This document shows positions 9,790 to 17,034 of a DNA stretch of 32,000 nucleotides, one piece after another. The notes beneath the pieces were generated by a model. It was not told the origin of the DNA and ran no database searches. It saw only the letters and a program-made list of their open reading frames with translations. Position 1 is the first letter of the stretch. The number at the start of each line of letters is the position of its first letter. Both the position numbers and the translations under genes were made by a program. The stretch covers positions 180,001 to 212,000 of the forward strand of contig NC_000964.3 in assembly GCF_000009045.1 (NCBI RefSeq), given 5' to 3'. The stretch comes from Bacillus subtilis subsp. subtilis str. 168 (GTDB lineage: Bacteria > Bacillota > Bacilli > Bacillales > Bacillaceae).

Positions 9790-11157
9790 TTAATCGAACT
9801 GAGAAGCCATTTCATCTTTATATCCGAATGCATAGGTCAATAAAAAACCGGCCGCGTAGGAAATAAAGAGCCCAACGATATACAGGATGATTTGCGAAGG
9901 CAGGACTAGAAAAGATAGCGGCAGTCCGGAGACACCAATCGCAATGGTGGCTACTTGAAAATAAGCTTGAAAGGCGCCGCCGATTCCAGCTCCTAAACAT
10001 GCTGTTAAAAACGGACGGCCAAGCGGCAGCGTGACTCCGAAAATAAGCGGTTCACCAATGCCGAGCAGTCCCGATGGAAGCCCGCCGGCGATTGCTTTCC
10101 TCAGTGTTGTTTTTTTCGTCTTCACGAAAACGGCAAAGGCCGCGCCTACCTGTCCTGCACCTCCCATAGCCAAAATAGGGAGCAGAGGATCATTGCCAAT
10201 TGAATTGATCAGTTCCATGTGCACAGGCGTCAAGCCTTGATGCAGTCCGGTTACGACGAGAGGAAGGAAGGTTGCGCCCAGAATAAAGCCCGCAGCGATG
10301 CCGCCGATGTCCAGGATGGACAGTAGGCCGGATGTAATAGCATCAGAAATGAATCCGCCTAAAGGCATAAATACGACATACGTTACGATTCCGGTGATTA
10401 ACAGTGAAACGGTGGGTGTGACAATGATATCAAGTGATTGAGGAATAAAACGGCGAATAAATTGTTCGGTGTAAGCAATGAATATGGCTGCGAAAAGGAC
10501 GCCGATCAGACCTCCCCTGCCCGGGAGAAGCTCTTCTCCAAATAAACTGATTTTTGCGATCTCCGGATTGATAATCAAGATCCCGGCCAAAGCCCCAAGT
10601 GCGGGTGTCCCGCCAAATTCTTTCGAAGCGTTAATACCGACGAGAATGCCGAGATAAGTGAACAGCCCTGATCCGATGACTGTCAGGATAATCGCAATTT
10701 GTGAGTCTGCAGAGAGCCAGCCTGCTTGAATAATTGCTTTGGTAATCCCAGTAATTAAACCGGAAGCGACTAGAGCGGGAATAAGAGGGATAAAAATGCT
10801 GGCAATTTTACGTAAGAAAAGTTTAAAAGGAGTGGCATTTTTCCGATTGATATCGGCTTTCTTTTTGGCCGCTGCTTCTTTGACATCGGCACCTTCTTCT
10901 GCTGACACGAGCTTTGAGAAAGCAGCTGTAACATGATTGACAACTCCTGTGCCGAGGATAATTTGTAAGGTTTCAGCTTCAACGACCCCCAATACGCCGT
11001 CAAGCTTTCTTAAAGCCTGAGCATCCGCTTTGCTTTCATCGTAAGGCGTAATGCGCAGGCGTGTCATGCAATGCGTATATGAAGAAATATTGGATTTTCC
11101 TCCGCATAGCTCAAGGATTTTCTGTGCGAGATGATGGTAGTTATTTTCTTTGCTCAT
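9790..11157 (-). CDS. murP: PTS MurNAc-specific EIIBC component MurP (YbbF)
   Basis: 455-aa ORF. The EIIB cysteine motif THCMTRLR is at the N-terminus, followed by a polytopic EIIC domain. Confidence 0.92.
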   Translation of the reverse strand: MSKENNYHHLAQKILELCGGKSNISSYTHCMTRLRITPYDESKADAQALRKLDGVLGVVEAETLQIILGTGVVNHVTAAFSKLVSAEEGADVKEAAAKKKADINRKNATPFKLFLRKIASIFIPLIPALVASGLITGITKAIIQAGWLSADSQIAIILTVIGSGLFTYLGILVGINASKEFGGTPALGALAGILIINPEIAKISLFGEELLPGRGGLIGVLFAAIFIAYTEQFIRRFIPQSLDIIVTPTVSLLITGIVTYVVFMPLGGFISDAITSGLLSILDIGGIAAGFILGATFLPLVVTGLHQGLTPVHMELINSIGNDPLLPILAMGGAGQVGAAFAVFVKTKKTTLRKAIAGGLPSGLLGIGEPLIFGVTLPLGRPFLTACLGAGIGGAFQAYFQVATIAIGVSGLPLSFLVLPSQIILYIVGLFISYAAGFLLTYAFGYKDEMASQFD

Positions 11158-11182
11158 TAAAACCCCTCCCCTTCAAGATGCC

Positions 11183-12034
11183 TTATTTTATTCTCATAGA
11201 TTGTATGGCTGCTCTCGTTTTATCTATATAACCGGTTGTCGTTTCATACTGCTCAGCCGCCATGCCTAAAAACAAAACATCAATTATAAAAAGCTGGGCG
11301 AGGCGGGAAGAAGTGGCTGCACTTCGAATCAAGGCTTCATTGGAATGGGCTGTATACAAAGGGACATCAGCCAGTGCGGAGACGGATGTCTGACTGAATT
11401 GTGTGAGGCTGATCGTTGTGATGCCTTTTTCCTTAGCCATGGCGAACAGTTCAACGATTTCCTGTGTCTCTCCTGAAAACGAAATGGCGAATACGATGTC
11501 GTCTTTATCTGCATTTGCGATTAAAGATGCCACAAGATGAGTGTCTGTAAACGCGGTTGCTTGTTTATGAATGCGAAGCCACTTTTGCTGGGCGTCCTTG
11601 GCGACAATGCCGGAAGCCCCGAGGCCGATAAAATGCACGGTATGAGCTTTGAGAAGCAGAGAAACCGCTCGTTCAAGCTCTTTGTAGTCCATCAGGTCTG
11701 AAGTATCCTGAATGGCTTGAATGGCATTGCCGGCCGTTTTTTCGGAAATGGAGGGCAGCGGCTCGTGGGGAACAATATCCCGGTAGCCCTGAAACGTAGG
11801 CTTTGCCAGATCGCCTGCTACTCTCATTTTTAAATCTTGAAATCCTTTTAAACCGAGTGATTTGCAGAGCCTGATGACGGCAGCGTCACTTGAATTGGCT
11901 AAGGCGCTGATTTCGTTGACCGTGCTTTCGATTGCTTTGTGGGGATGGGCTAGGATATAATCTGCAAGTTTGCGCTCGGATGGAGGGAGCTTATGCTTCA
12001 TTGATTGGATGATCGCTAAACCGCCTGTGGCCAT
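11183..12034 (-). CDS. murR: RpiR-family regulator MurR (YbbH), HTH + SIS domain
   Basis: I chose the internal ATG at 12034 (MATGGLAIIQS...) because an AAGGAGAG SD lies 7 nt upstream. The 22-codon extension in the ORF track overlaps murQ and has no SD. This start gives 283 aa with HTH_6 and SIS (GLGASG) features. Confidence 0.88.
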   Translation of the reverse strand: MATGGLAIIQSMKHKLPPSERKLADYILAHPHKAIESTVNEISALANSSDAAVIRLCKSLGLKGFQDLKMRVAGDLAKPTFQGYRDIVPHEPLPSISEKTAGNAIQAIQDTSDLMDYKELERAVSLLLKAHTVHFIGLGASGIVAKDAQQKWLRIHKQATAFTDTHLVASLIANADKDDIVFAISFSGETQEIVELFAMAKEKGITTISLTQFSQTSVSALADVPLYTAHSNEALIRSAATSSRLAQLFIIDVLFLGMAAEQYETTTGYIDKTRAAIQSMRIK

Positions 12035-12050
12035 TCTAGTTCTCTCCTTA

Positions 12051-12965
12051 TCATGGATGGTAATGTTCGATTGCTTTGTCAATGAAACCGTTTGCTTCAT
12101 CGAGTAATGTCTGTGCTTGTTTCTGATCTGTGCTTGTTTTGAGCATGACGATTGCTGTTTTGACGTGATGATCGGCTTGTTCCAGAGTGTATCTGGCTGT
12201 GTCGTATGAAGCGTTTGTAAGGCTTTGGATGATGCTGATGGCGCGTTCTTTTAGTTTTTTGTTGCTGACGTTGACGTCTACCATCAAGTTTTCGTAAACC
12301 TTGCCGATTTTGACCATTACAGCGGTAGATATCATGTTTAGAATCATTTTATGAGCGGTTGCGGCTTTCATACGTGTTGATCCTGTAATGGCCTCAGGTC
12401 CGACGACAACCTCAATGCTGTGATCCGCATCCTTGCTGATGGCGGAATTTTCATTGCAAGTAAGGGCGATGGTGTGTGCTCCGACTTTACGGGCGTATCT
12501 TAGGGCGCCTGCGGCGTAGGGTGTGCGGCCGCTTGCTGCGATGGCAATGACGGTGTCATTTGAAGTGAGCTGTATGTTTCTTAAATCTTCAGCTCCTGCT
12601 TCTTCACTGTCTTCAATGCCCTCTGCTGCCTGTAAAAAGGCTTCGGGGCCTCCAGCCATGATTCCGATGACCTGATCTGGGCTTACGCTGTAGGTGGGAG
12701 GACATTCAACAGCATCCATGACGCCGAGTCTGCCGCTTGTGCCGGCGCCTGTATATATGAGCCGGCCTCCATTTTGAAACGATTCATATGCGCAGTCTAC
12801 AGCTGTTTTGATGTCGGGGAGAACCTCCTGAACGGCTGCAGCGACTTTCATATCTTCGTTGTTGATCATTTTAAGGATGCCGAGAGTGTTTGCTTTGTGG
12901 ATTTCAACTGTTTGACTATTGCGTGATTCCGTTGTAAGACGGTGAAGGTTTAATGGTTCTGACAT
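12051..12965 (-). CDS. murQ: N-acetylmuramic acid 6-phosphate etherase MurQ (YbbI)
   Basis: I chose the start at the ATG at 12965 ([16 protein letters not shown]...) with a GGGGG SD, giving 304 aa. It has a SIS domain (GAGTSGRLG) and the typical MurQ N-terminus LTTE. Confidence 0.92.
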   Translation of the reverse strand: MSEPLNLHRLTTESRNSQTVEIHKANTLGILKMINNEDMKVAAAVQEVLPDIKTAVDCAYESFQNGGRLIYTGAGTSGRLGVMDAVECPPTYSVSPDQVIGIMAGGPEAFLQAAEGIEDSEEAGAEDLRNIQLTSNDTVIAIAASGRTPYAAGALRYARKVGAHTIALTCNENSAISKDADHSIEVVVGPEAITGSTRMKAATAHKMILNMISTAVMVKIGKVYENLMVDVNVSNKKLKERAISIIQSLTNASYDTARYTLEQADHHVKTAIVMLKTSTDQKQAQTLLDEANGFIDKAIEHYHP

Positions 12966-13074
12966 GAGGATGCCCCCTGTTTTAAAATGATATATCTCAA
13001 TATTCAGTATATTCATTTCTGTTATGATATTTCAACTATGTTTTTAAATTTTTGAAATTTTATTTCACTTAAGA

Positions 13075-13557
13075 CTATAAGAAATGATGAAGGATCAACT
13101 GTTCTCCAAGCGGCCCGATTCTTCGCCGTCCTTTATCAAGGAACCCGCTTTTCATATAAAGGTGTTTTGCGCGTATGTTCAGATGATTGACGGCCAAGAT
13201 GATTTCGTCGCACCATGGAAAATATCCGCTCACAAAAGCGGGAAGCAAAAGCATGGCTTTTTTCGCATAGCCTTTTCCGTGATGCACAGCGGTTAAAGAC
13301 AGGGAGCTGAGCAGTAAAGCAAATGGATTGTTAGAATAGGAAGCAAGCGTTTCTTTTGATGCATGTAAAATGAAAAAACCGACTGGAAGGTCGTCTTTTA
13401 AGATGACAACCGGGTATCGGTCCTGTATGCCCAGAGCCTGAGACAGCACCTCTTTCGGGAGGGAGGTAAAGCGTTTGTCATCGTTGGTGAGCGTGAATGA
13501 TTGGAGCTCGGGCAAGTGTTCAGGCTTATAGAAGGATAAAGAAATGTCTTGAGTCAT
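13075..13557 (-). CDS. ybbJ: GNAT-family N-acetyltransferase YbbJ
   Basis: 160-aa ORF with a GGAGG SD. The acetyl-CoA binding-type segment HHGKGYAKKAM matches the Q/RxxGxG/A pattern. Confidence 0.8.
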   Translation of the reverse strand: MTQDISLSFYKPEHLPELQSFTLTNDDKRFTSLPKEVLSQALGIQDRYPVVILKDDLPVGFFILHASKETLASYSNNPFALLLSSLSLTAVHHGKGYAKKAMLLLPAFVSGYFPWCDEIILAVNHLNIRAKHLYMKSGFLDKGRRRIGPLGEQLILHHFL

Positions 13558-13569
13558 GGGGTGGCCTCC

Positions 13570-14025
13570 TTACAATATGTCGTTAAGCTCGTTTTCCGAA
13601 ATGACGCGGTAGCCCGCTTGTTTTAACAGTGCGGCGGTTACTCCGCTGCCGGTGATTTTTTTGCCAGAGAATGTGCCGTTATAGATAAAACCGCTTCCGC
13701 AAGATGGACTGTTTTCTTTTAATATGACGGCAGAAGCGTTGATTTCTTTTGCGTAAGCCAATGTTTTCGCGGCGCCTTCCATATATAGTTCTGTGACGTC
13801 TTCTCCTGAAGCTGTCACGATTTTCGCTGTTCCATTGAGGACATCCTCGCCAGTGCCTCCTATGATTTCTGCGGGTTCGCGTGGGGTAGAGAAGCCGCCG
13901 AGAAGTTCAGGGCAAGCCATGACTGCTTTCTTTTCATCGACTAGTTTTCTGATTTTCTCCGACGCTGCGTGAGAGCCGTTATATCTGCATTCAATGCCTC
14001 CAAGGCAAGAACTGACTAGAATCAT
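13570..14025 (-). CDS. ybbK: DUF523 protein YbbK (TudS-like putative Fe-S thio-nucleobase desulfidase family)
   Basis: 151-aa ORF with a GGAGAAACC SD region. Conserved Cys residues are at 7, 13, 38 and 109 (SSCLGGIEC, ACPE, SPSCGS), as in the DUF523 family. Confidence 0.8.
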   Translation of the reverse strand: MILVSSCLGGIECRYNGSHAASEKIRKLVDEKKAVMACPELLGGFSTPREPAEIIGGTGEDVLNGTAKIVTASGEDVTELYMEGAAKTLAYAKEINASAVILKENSPSCGSGFIYNGTFSGKKITGSGVTAALLKQAGYRVISENELNDIL

Positions 14026-14145
14026 ATTGGTTTCTCCTCTCTTGCTTTGCTTGTCTCTATCATAAAATAAATGGCTTTAGTTGGGAGGCTTTTTCAGTTA
14101 AAAAAGGAGTTAAAAAGTTTGAAAATAAAAAATTTAATTTTCCTC

Positions 14146-14175
14146 TTTACAAACAGGGGGTGACCTGTATATAAT
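14146..14175 (+). promoter_or_regulatory. SigA-type promoter of the tRNA cluster (TTTACA-18 nt-TATAAT) with an A/T-rich UP-like region upstream
   Basis: TTTACA is at 14146-14151 and TATAAT at 14170-14175. Upstream lies AAAAAGTTTGAAAATAAAAAATTTAATTTT. The first tRNA begins 30 nt downstream. Confidence 0.7.
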
Positions 14176-14204
14176 AACTTTTGTCAGCTCGACGAGAACA
14201 CAAC

Positions 14205-14279
14205 GGCCCGTTGGTCAAGCGGTTAAGACACCGCCCTTTCACGGCGGTAACACGGGTTCGAATCCCGTACGGGTCACCA
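14205..14279 (+). tRNA. trnSL-Glu2: tRNA-Glu (anticodon UUC), CCA encoded
   Basis: Cloverleaf folded by hand. The acceptor is GGCCCGT/ACGGGTC, the anticodon stem CCGCC/GGCGG with loop CTTTCAC, and the T arm ACGGG-TTCGAAT-CCCGT. It ends ...ACCA. Confidence 0.95.
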
Positions 14280-14282
14280 TTT

Positions 14283-14358
14283 GGAGGATTAGCTCAGCTG
14301 GGAGAGCATCTGCCTTACAAGCAGAGGGTCGGCGGTTCGAGCCCGTCATCCTCCACCA
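14283..14358 (+). tRNA. trnSL-Val2: tRNA-Val (anticodon UAC), CCA encoded
   Basis: The acceptor is GGAGGAT/ATCCTCC, the anticodon stem TCTGC/GCAGA with loop CTTACAA, and the T loop GGTTCGAGCC. It ends ACCA. Confidence 0.95.
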
Positions 14359-14362
14359 TCTT

Positions 14363-14435
<73 letters not shown>

Positions 14436-14457
14436 CTGTTTTTTCAAAATTTTATGT

Positions 14458-14542
14458 GGAGGGGTAGCGAAGTGGCTAAACGCGGCGGACTGTAAATCCG
14501 CTCCCTCAGGGTTCGGCAGTTCGAATCTGCCCCCCTCCACCA
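14458..14542 (+). tRNA. trnSL-Tyr1: tRNA-Tyr (anticodon GUA), long variable arm, CCA encoded
   Basis: The acceptor is GGAGGGG/CCCCTCC and the anticodon loop is ACTGTAAAT. It has a class II long variable arm and the T arm GGCAG-TTCGAAT-CTGCC. It ends ACCA. Confidence 0.95.
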
Positions 14543-14546
14543 TTAT

Positions 14547-14618
14547 TGGGCTATAGCCAAGCGGTAAGGCAACGGACTTTGACTCCGTCATGCGTTGGTT
14601 CGAATCCAGCTAGCCCAG
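14547..14618 (+). tRNA. trnSL-Gln2: tRNA-Gln (anticodon UUG), no encoded CCA
   Basis: The acceptor is TGGGCTA/TAGCCCA, the anticodon stem ACGGA/TCCGT with loop CTTTGAC, and the T loop GGTTCGAATCC. Discriminator G is followed by TCA, not CCA. Confidence 0.93.
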
Positions 14619-14622
14619 TCAC

Positions 14623-14657
14623 AGACACCTTTGATCAAAAGGTGTCTTTTTTCTTTT
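14623..14657 (+). terminator. Rho-independent terminator of the tRNA cluster
   Basis: AGACACCTTT (loop GATCA) AAAGGTGTCT forms a 10-bp stem followed by TTTTTCTTTT. Confidence 0.9.
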
Positions 14658-14786
14658 CGGAAAAATCATTCCAACTTCTAACTGTTCAGTCTGTATAATA
14701 ATTTTAAAAATATGTTAAGGTAGTTTATTCACGAATTACCATCTACACCCTGCCAAAAATTTGATAAACTTATTTTATAAAAAAAT

Positions 14787-14814
14787 TGAAACCTTTTGAA
14801 ACGAAGCTCGTATA
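14787..14814 (+). promoter_or_regulatory. SigW-dependent autoregulatory promoter PsigW (TGAAAC-N16-CGTATA)
   Basis: TGAAAC is at 14787-14792 and CGTATA at 14809-14814, with a 16-nt spacer. This matches the ECF SigW consensus TGAAAC-N16-CGTA. It lies 35 nt upstream of the sigW ATG. Confidence 0.9.
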
Positions 14815-14848
14815 CATACAGACCGGTGAAGGCAGAGGTTAGATAAAT

Positions 14849-15412
14849 ATGGAAATGATGATTAAAAAAAGAATTAAACAAGTCAAAAAAGGCGACCAGG
14901 ATGCATTTGCGGACATCGTAGATATTTACAAAGATAAAATTTATCAGCTTTGCTACCGTATGCTTGGCAATGTGCATGAGGCGGAGGATATTGCACAGGA
15001 AGCTTTCATCAGAGCGTACGTTAATATCGACAGTTTTGATATTAACCGGAAATTTTCAACTTGGCTTTATCGAATCGCGACCAATTTGACCATTGACCGC
15101 ATTCGCAAAAAGAAGCCGGATTATTACCTCGACGCAGAGGTGGCTGGTACGGAAGGCTTGACCATGTATTCTCAAATCGTCGCAGATGGTGTTTTGCCTG
15201 AAGATGCAGTTGTATCGCTGGAGCTCTCAAACACGATACAGCAGAAAATTTTAAAGCTTCCTGACAAATACAGAACAGTCATCGTATTAAAGTATATTGA
15301 CGAACTCTCATTAATTGAAATCGGGGAGATTCTAAACATTCCTGTGGGGACTGTGAAAACGCGGATTCACAGAGGCAGAGAGGCTCTTAGAAAACAATTA
15401 AGGGATCTTTAA
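14849..15412 (+). CDS. sigW: ECF sigma factor SigW
   Basis: 187-aa ORF. Region 2 reads YRMLGNVHEAEDIAQEAFIRAY and region 4 HTH reads LSLIEIGEILNIPVGTVKTRIHRGREAL. Confidence 0.96.
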   Translation: MEMMIKKRIKQVKKGDQDAFADIVDIYKDKIYQLCYRMLGNVHEAEDIAQEAFIRAYVNIDSFDINRKFSTWLYRIATNLTIDRIRKKKPDYYLDAEVAGTEGLTMYSQIVADGVLPEDAVVSLELSNTIQQKILKLPDKYRTVIVLKYIDELSLIEIGEILNIPVGTVKTRIHRGREALRKQLRDL

Positions 15413-15425
15413 GTGGGGTGATGAA

Positions 15426-16052
15426 ATGAGCTGTCCTGAACAAATTGTGCAGCTTATGCATATGCATCTTGATGGAGATATCCTTCCAAAAGATGAACAC
15501 GTATTAAATGAACATCTGGAGACATGCGAGAAATGCAGAAAGCATTTTTACGAGATGGAGAAATCCATAGCGCTCGTACGGAGCACATCGCATGTCGAAG
15601 CCCCCGCGGATTTTACCGCTAATGTCATGGCAAAATTGCCTAAGGAGAAGAAAAGAGCTTCTGTAAAAAGATGGTTCAGAACCCATCCCGTTATCGCAGC
15701 TGCTGCGGTATTCATCATTTTGATGGGCGGGGGTTTTTTTAACAGCTGGCATAATGACCACAATTTCAGCGTGTCCAAGCAGCCGAATCTTGTGGTTCAT
15801 AACCATACTGTGACCGTGCCAGAAGGTGAGACGGTCAAAGGTGATGTCACTGTCAAAAACGGCAAGCTGATTATTAAAGGCAAAATAGACGGGGATGTAA
15901 CCGTCGTAAACGGCGAAAAGTATATGGCCTCTGCTGGACAAGTCACCGGTCAGATTGAAGAAATCAATCAGTTATTCGACTGGACATGGTACAAGATGAA
16001 GTCTGCGGGGAAAAGTGTACTCGATGCATTCAATCCGAACGGAGAAGAGTAA
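15426..16052 (+). CDS. rsiW: Anti-sigma-W factor RsiW (YbbM), zinc-binding single-pass membrane protein
   Basis: 208-aa ORF with the ZAS motif H-x3-C-x2-C (HLETCEKC) and one TM segment (HPVIAAAAVFIILMGGGFF). It is coupled to sigW by a 13-nt gap and has a GGGGTG SD. Confidence 0.95.
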   Translation: MSCPEQIVQLMHMHLDGDILPKDEHVLNEHLETCEKCRKHFYEMEKSIALVRSTSHVEAPADFTANVMAKLPKEKKRASVKRWFRTHPVIAAAAVFIILMGGGFFNSWHNDHNFSVSKQPNLVVHNHTVTVPEGETVKGDVTVKNGKLIIKGKIDGDVTVVNGEKYMASAGQVTGQIEEINQLFDWTWYKMKSAGKSVLDAFNPNGEE

Positions 16053-16081
16053 AGCGCGTTAGCCGCTTTGCTCTTTTTTTG
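16051..16081 (+). terminator. Weak terminator-like hairpin after rsiW
   Basis: AAAGCG (loop 7 nt) CGCTTT forms a 6-bp stem, followed after 4 nt by TTTTTTT. The stem is short, so read-through into cdaA is plausible. Confidence 0.4.
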
Positions 16082-16098
16082 CGGGCTGAGAGGGCTGG

Positions 16099-16133
16099 CA
16101 CATTTCACTTGCTAAATCGAAATGTGGTATAAT
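16099..16133 (+). promoter_or_regulatory. cdaA promoter with extended -10 (TGGTATAAT, 16125-16133), overlapped by the 8-bp inverted repeat CACATTTC-N12-GAAATGTG (16099-16106 / 16119-16126)
   Basis: TATAAT is at 16128-16133, preceded by TGG. No good -35 is present. The perfect inverted repeat covers the -35 to -10 interval. Confidence 0.6.
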
Positions 16134-16212
16134 GGGCTCGCTATGTAAAGTACATATGCGTAACACGTAAAACACAAAATACGAAATGACTGAAATCTTG
16201 GAGGACGAGGAA

Positions 16213-17034
16213 ATGGCTTTTGAGGATATCCCTTTTTTGCAGTACCTCGGCAATGCCGTTGATATTCTCCTTGTTTGGTATGTGATATATAAATTGATTA
16301 TGGTGATACGCGGCACGAAAGCGGTTCAGCTGTTAAAAGGAATTGTAGTCATCGTGCTTGTTCGTATGGCCAGCCAATATTTGGGCCTCAGCACACTTCA
16401 ATGGCTGATGGACCAAGCGATAACATGGGGATTTTTAGCAATTATTATTATTTTTCAGCCTGAGCTGAGAAGAGCGCTTGAACAGCTAGGCCGCGGCCGC
16501 TTTTTTTCGAGGAGCGGCACGCCTGTTGAAGAAGCGCAGCAGAAAACGATTGAGGCCATTACAAAAGCAATCAATTATATGGCGAAACGCCGTATAGGCG
16601 CCCTGCTGACCATTGAGCGGGATACTGGAATGGGCGATTATATTGAGACCGGCATACCACTAAATGCCAAAGTCAGCTCTGAGCTGCTGATCAATATTTT
16701 TATTCCAAACACCCCGCTTCATGACGGTGCGGTAATTATGAAAAATAATGAAATTGCCGCGGCCGCCTGTTATCTGCCGCTTTCTGAGAGCCCGTTTATT
16801 TCAAAAGAACTGGGCACGCGGCACAGAGCAGCTGTCGGTATCAGTGAAGTAACAGACAGTTTGACGATTATTGTGTCTGAAGAGACCGGCGGCGTCAGTG
16901 TGGCAAAGAACGGCGACCTTCACAGAGAGCTTACAGAAGAAGCGCTGAAAGAAATGCTTGAAGCCGAGTTTAAGAAAAACACCAGAGACACTTCTTCTAA
17001 CCGCTGGTATTGGAGGGGCAAGAAAAATGGATAA
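16213..17034 (+). CDS. cdaA: Membrane diadenylate cyclase CdaA (YbbP)
   Basis: I chose the start at the ATG at 16213 (MAFEDIPFLQYLG...), downstream of a GGAGGA SD, giving 273 aa. It has three N-terminal TM helices and DAC-domain motifs (PLHDGAVIM; GTRHRAAVG). Confidence 0.95.
   Translation: MAFEDIPFLQYLGNAVDILLVWYVIYKLIMVIRGTKAVQLLKGIVVIVLVRMASQYLGLSTLQWLMDQAITWGFLAIIIIFQPELRRALEQLGRGRFFSRSGTPVEEAQQKTIEAITKAINYMAKRRIGALLTIERDTGMGDYIETGIPLNAKVSSELLINIFIPNTPLHDGAVIMKNNEIAAAACYLPLSESPFISKELGTRHRAAVGISEVTDSLTIIVSEETGGVSVAKNGDLHRELTEEALKEMLEAEFKKNTRDTSSNRWYWRGKKNG

Noticed and set aside
11183-12100. Longer N-terminal extensions offered by the ORF track for murR (12100), murQ (13016), cdaA (16186), cdaR (16958), glmS (20232) and ybcF (29471)
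   Set aside because: In each case an internal ATG is preceded by a strong SD at proper spacing and gives the family-typical N-terminus (for example MCGIVGY for GlmS). The extensions overlap upstream genes or terminators and lack SDs.
15504-15941. 145-aa antisense ORF inside rsiW
   Set aside because: It is a shadow frame of a recognised gene, with no SD and no recognisable domain.
16059-16316. 85-aa (-) ORF across the cdaA promoter and 5' end; also 14729-14977 (-) across PsigW
   Set aside because: Both overlap well-supported promoters and the starts of + strand genes, and neither has an SD.
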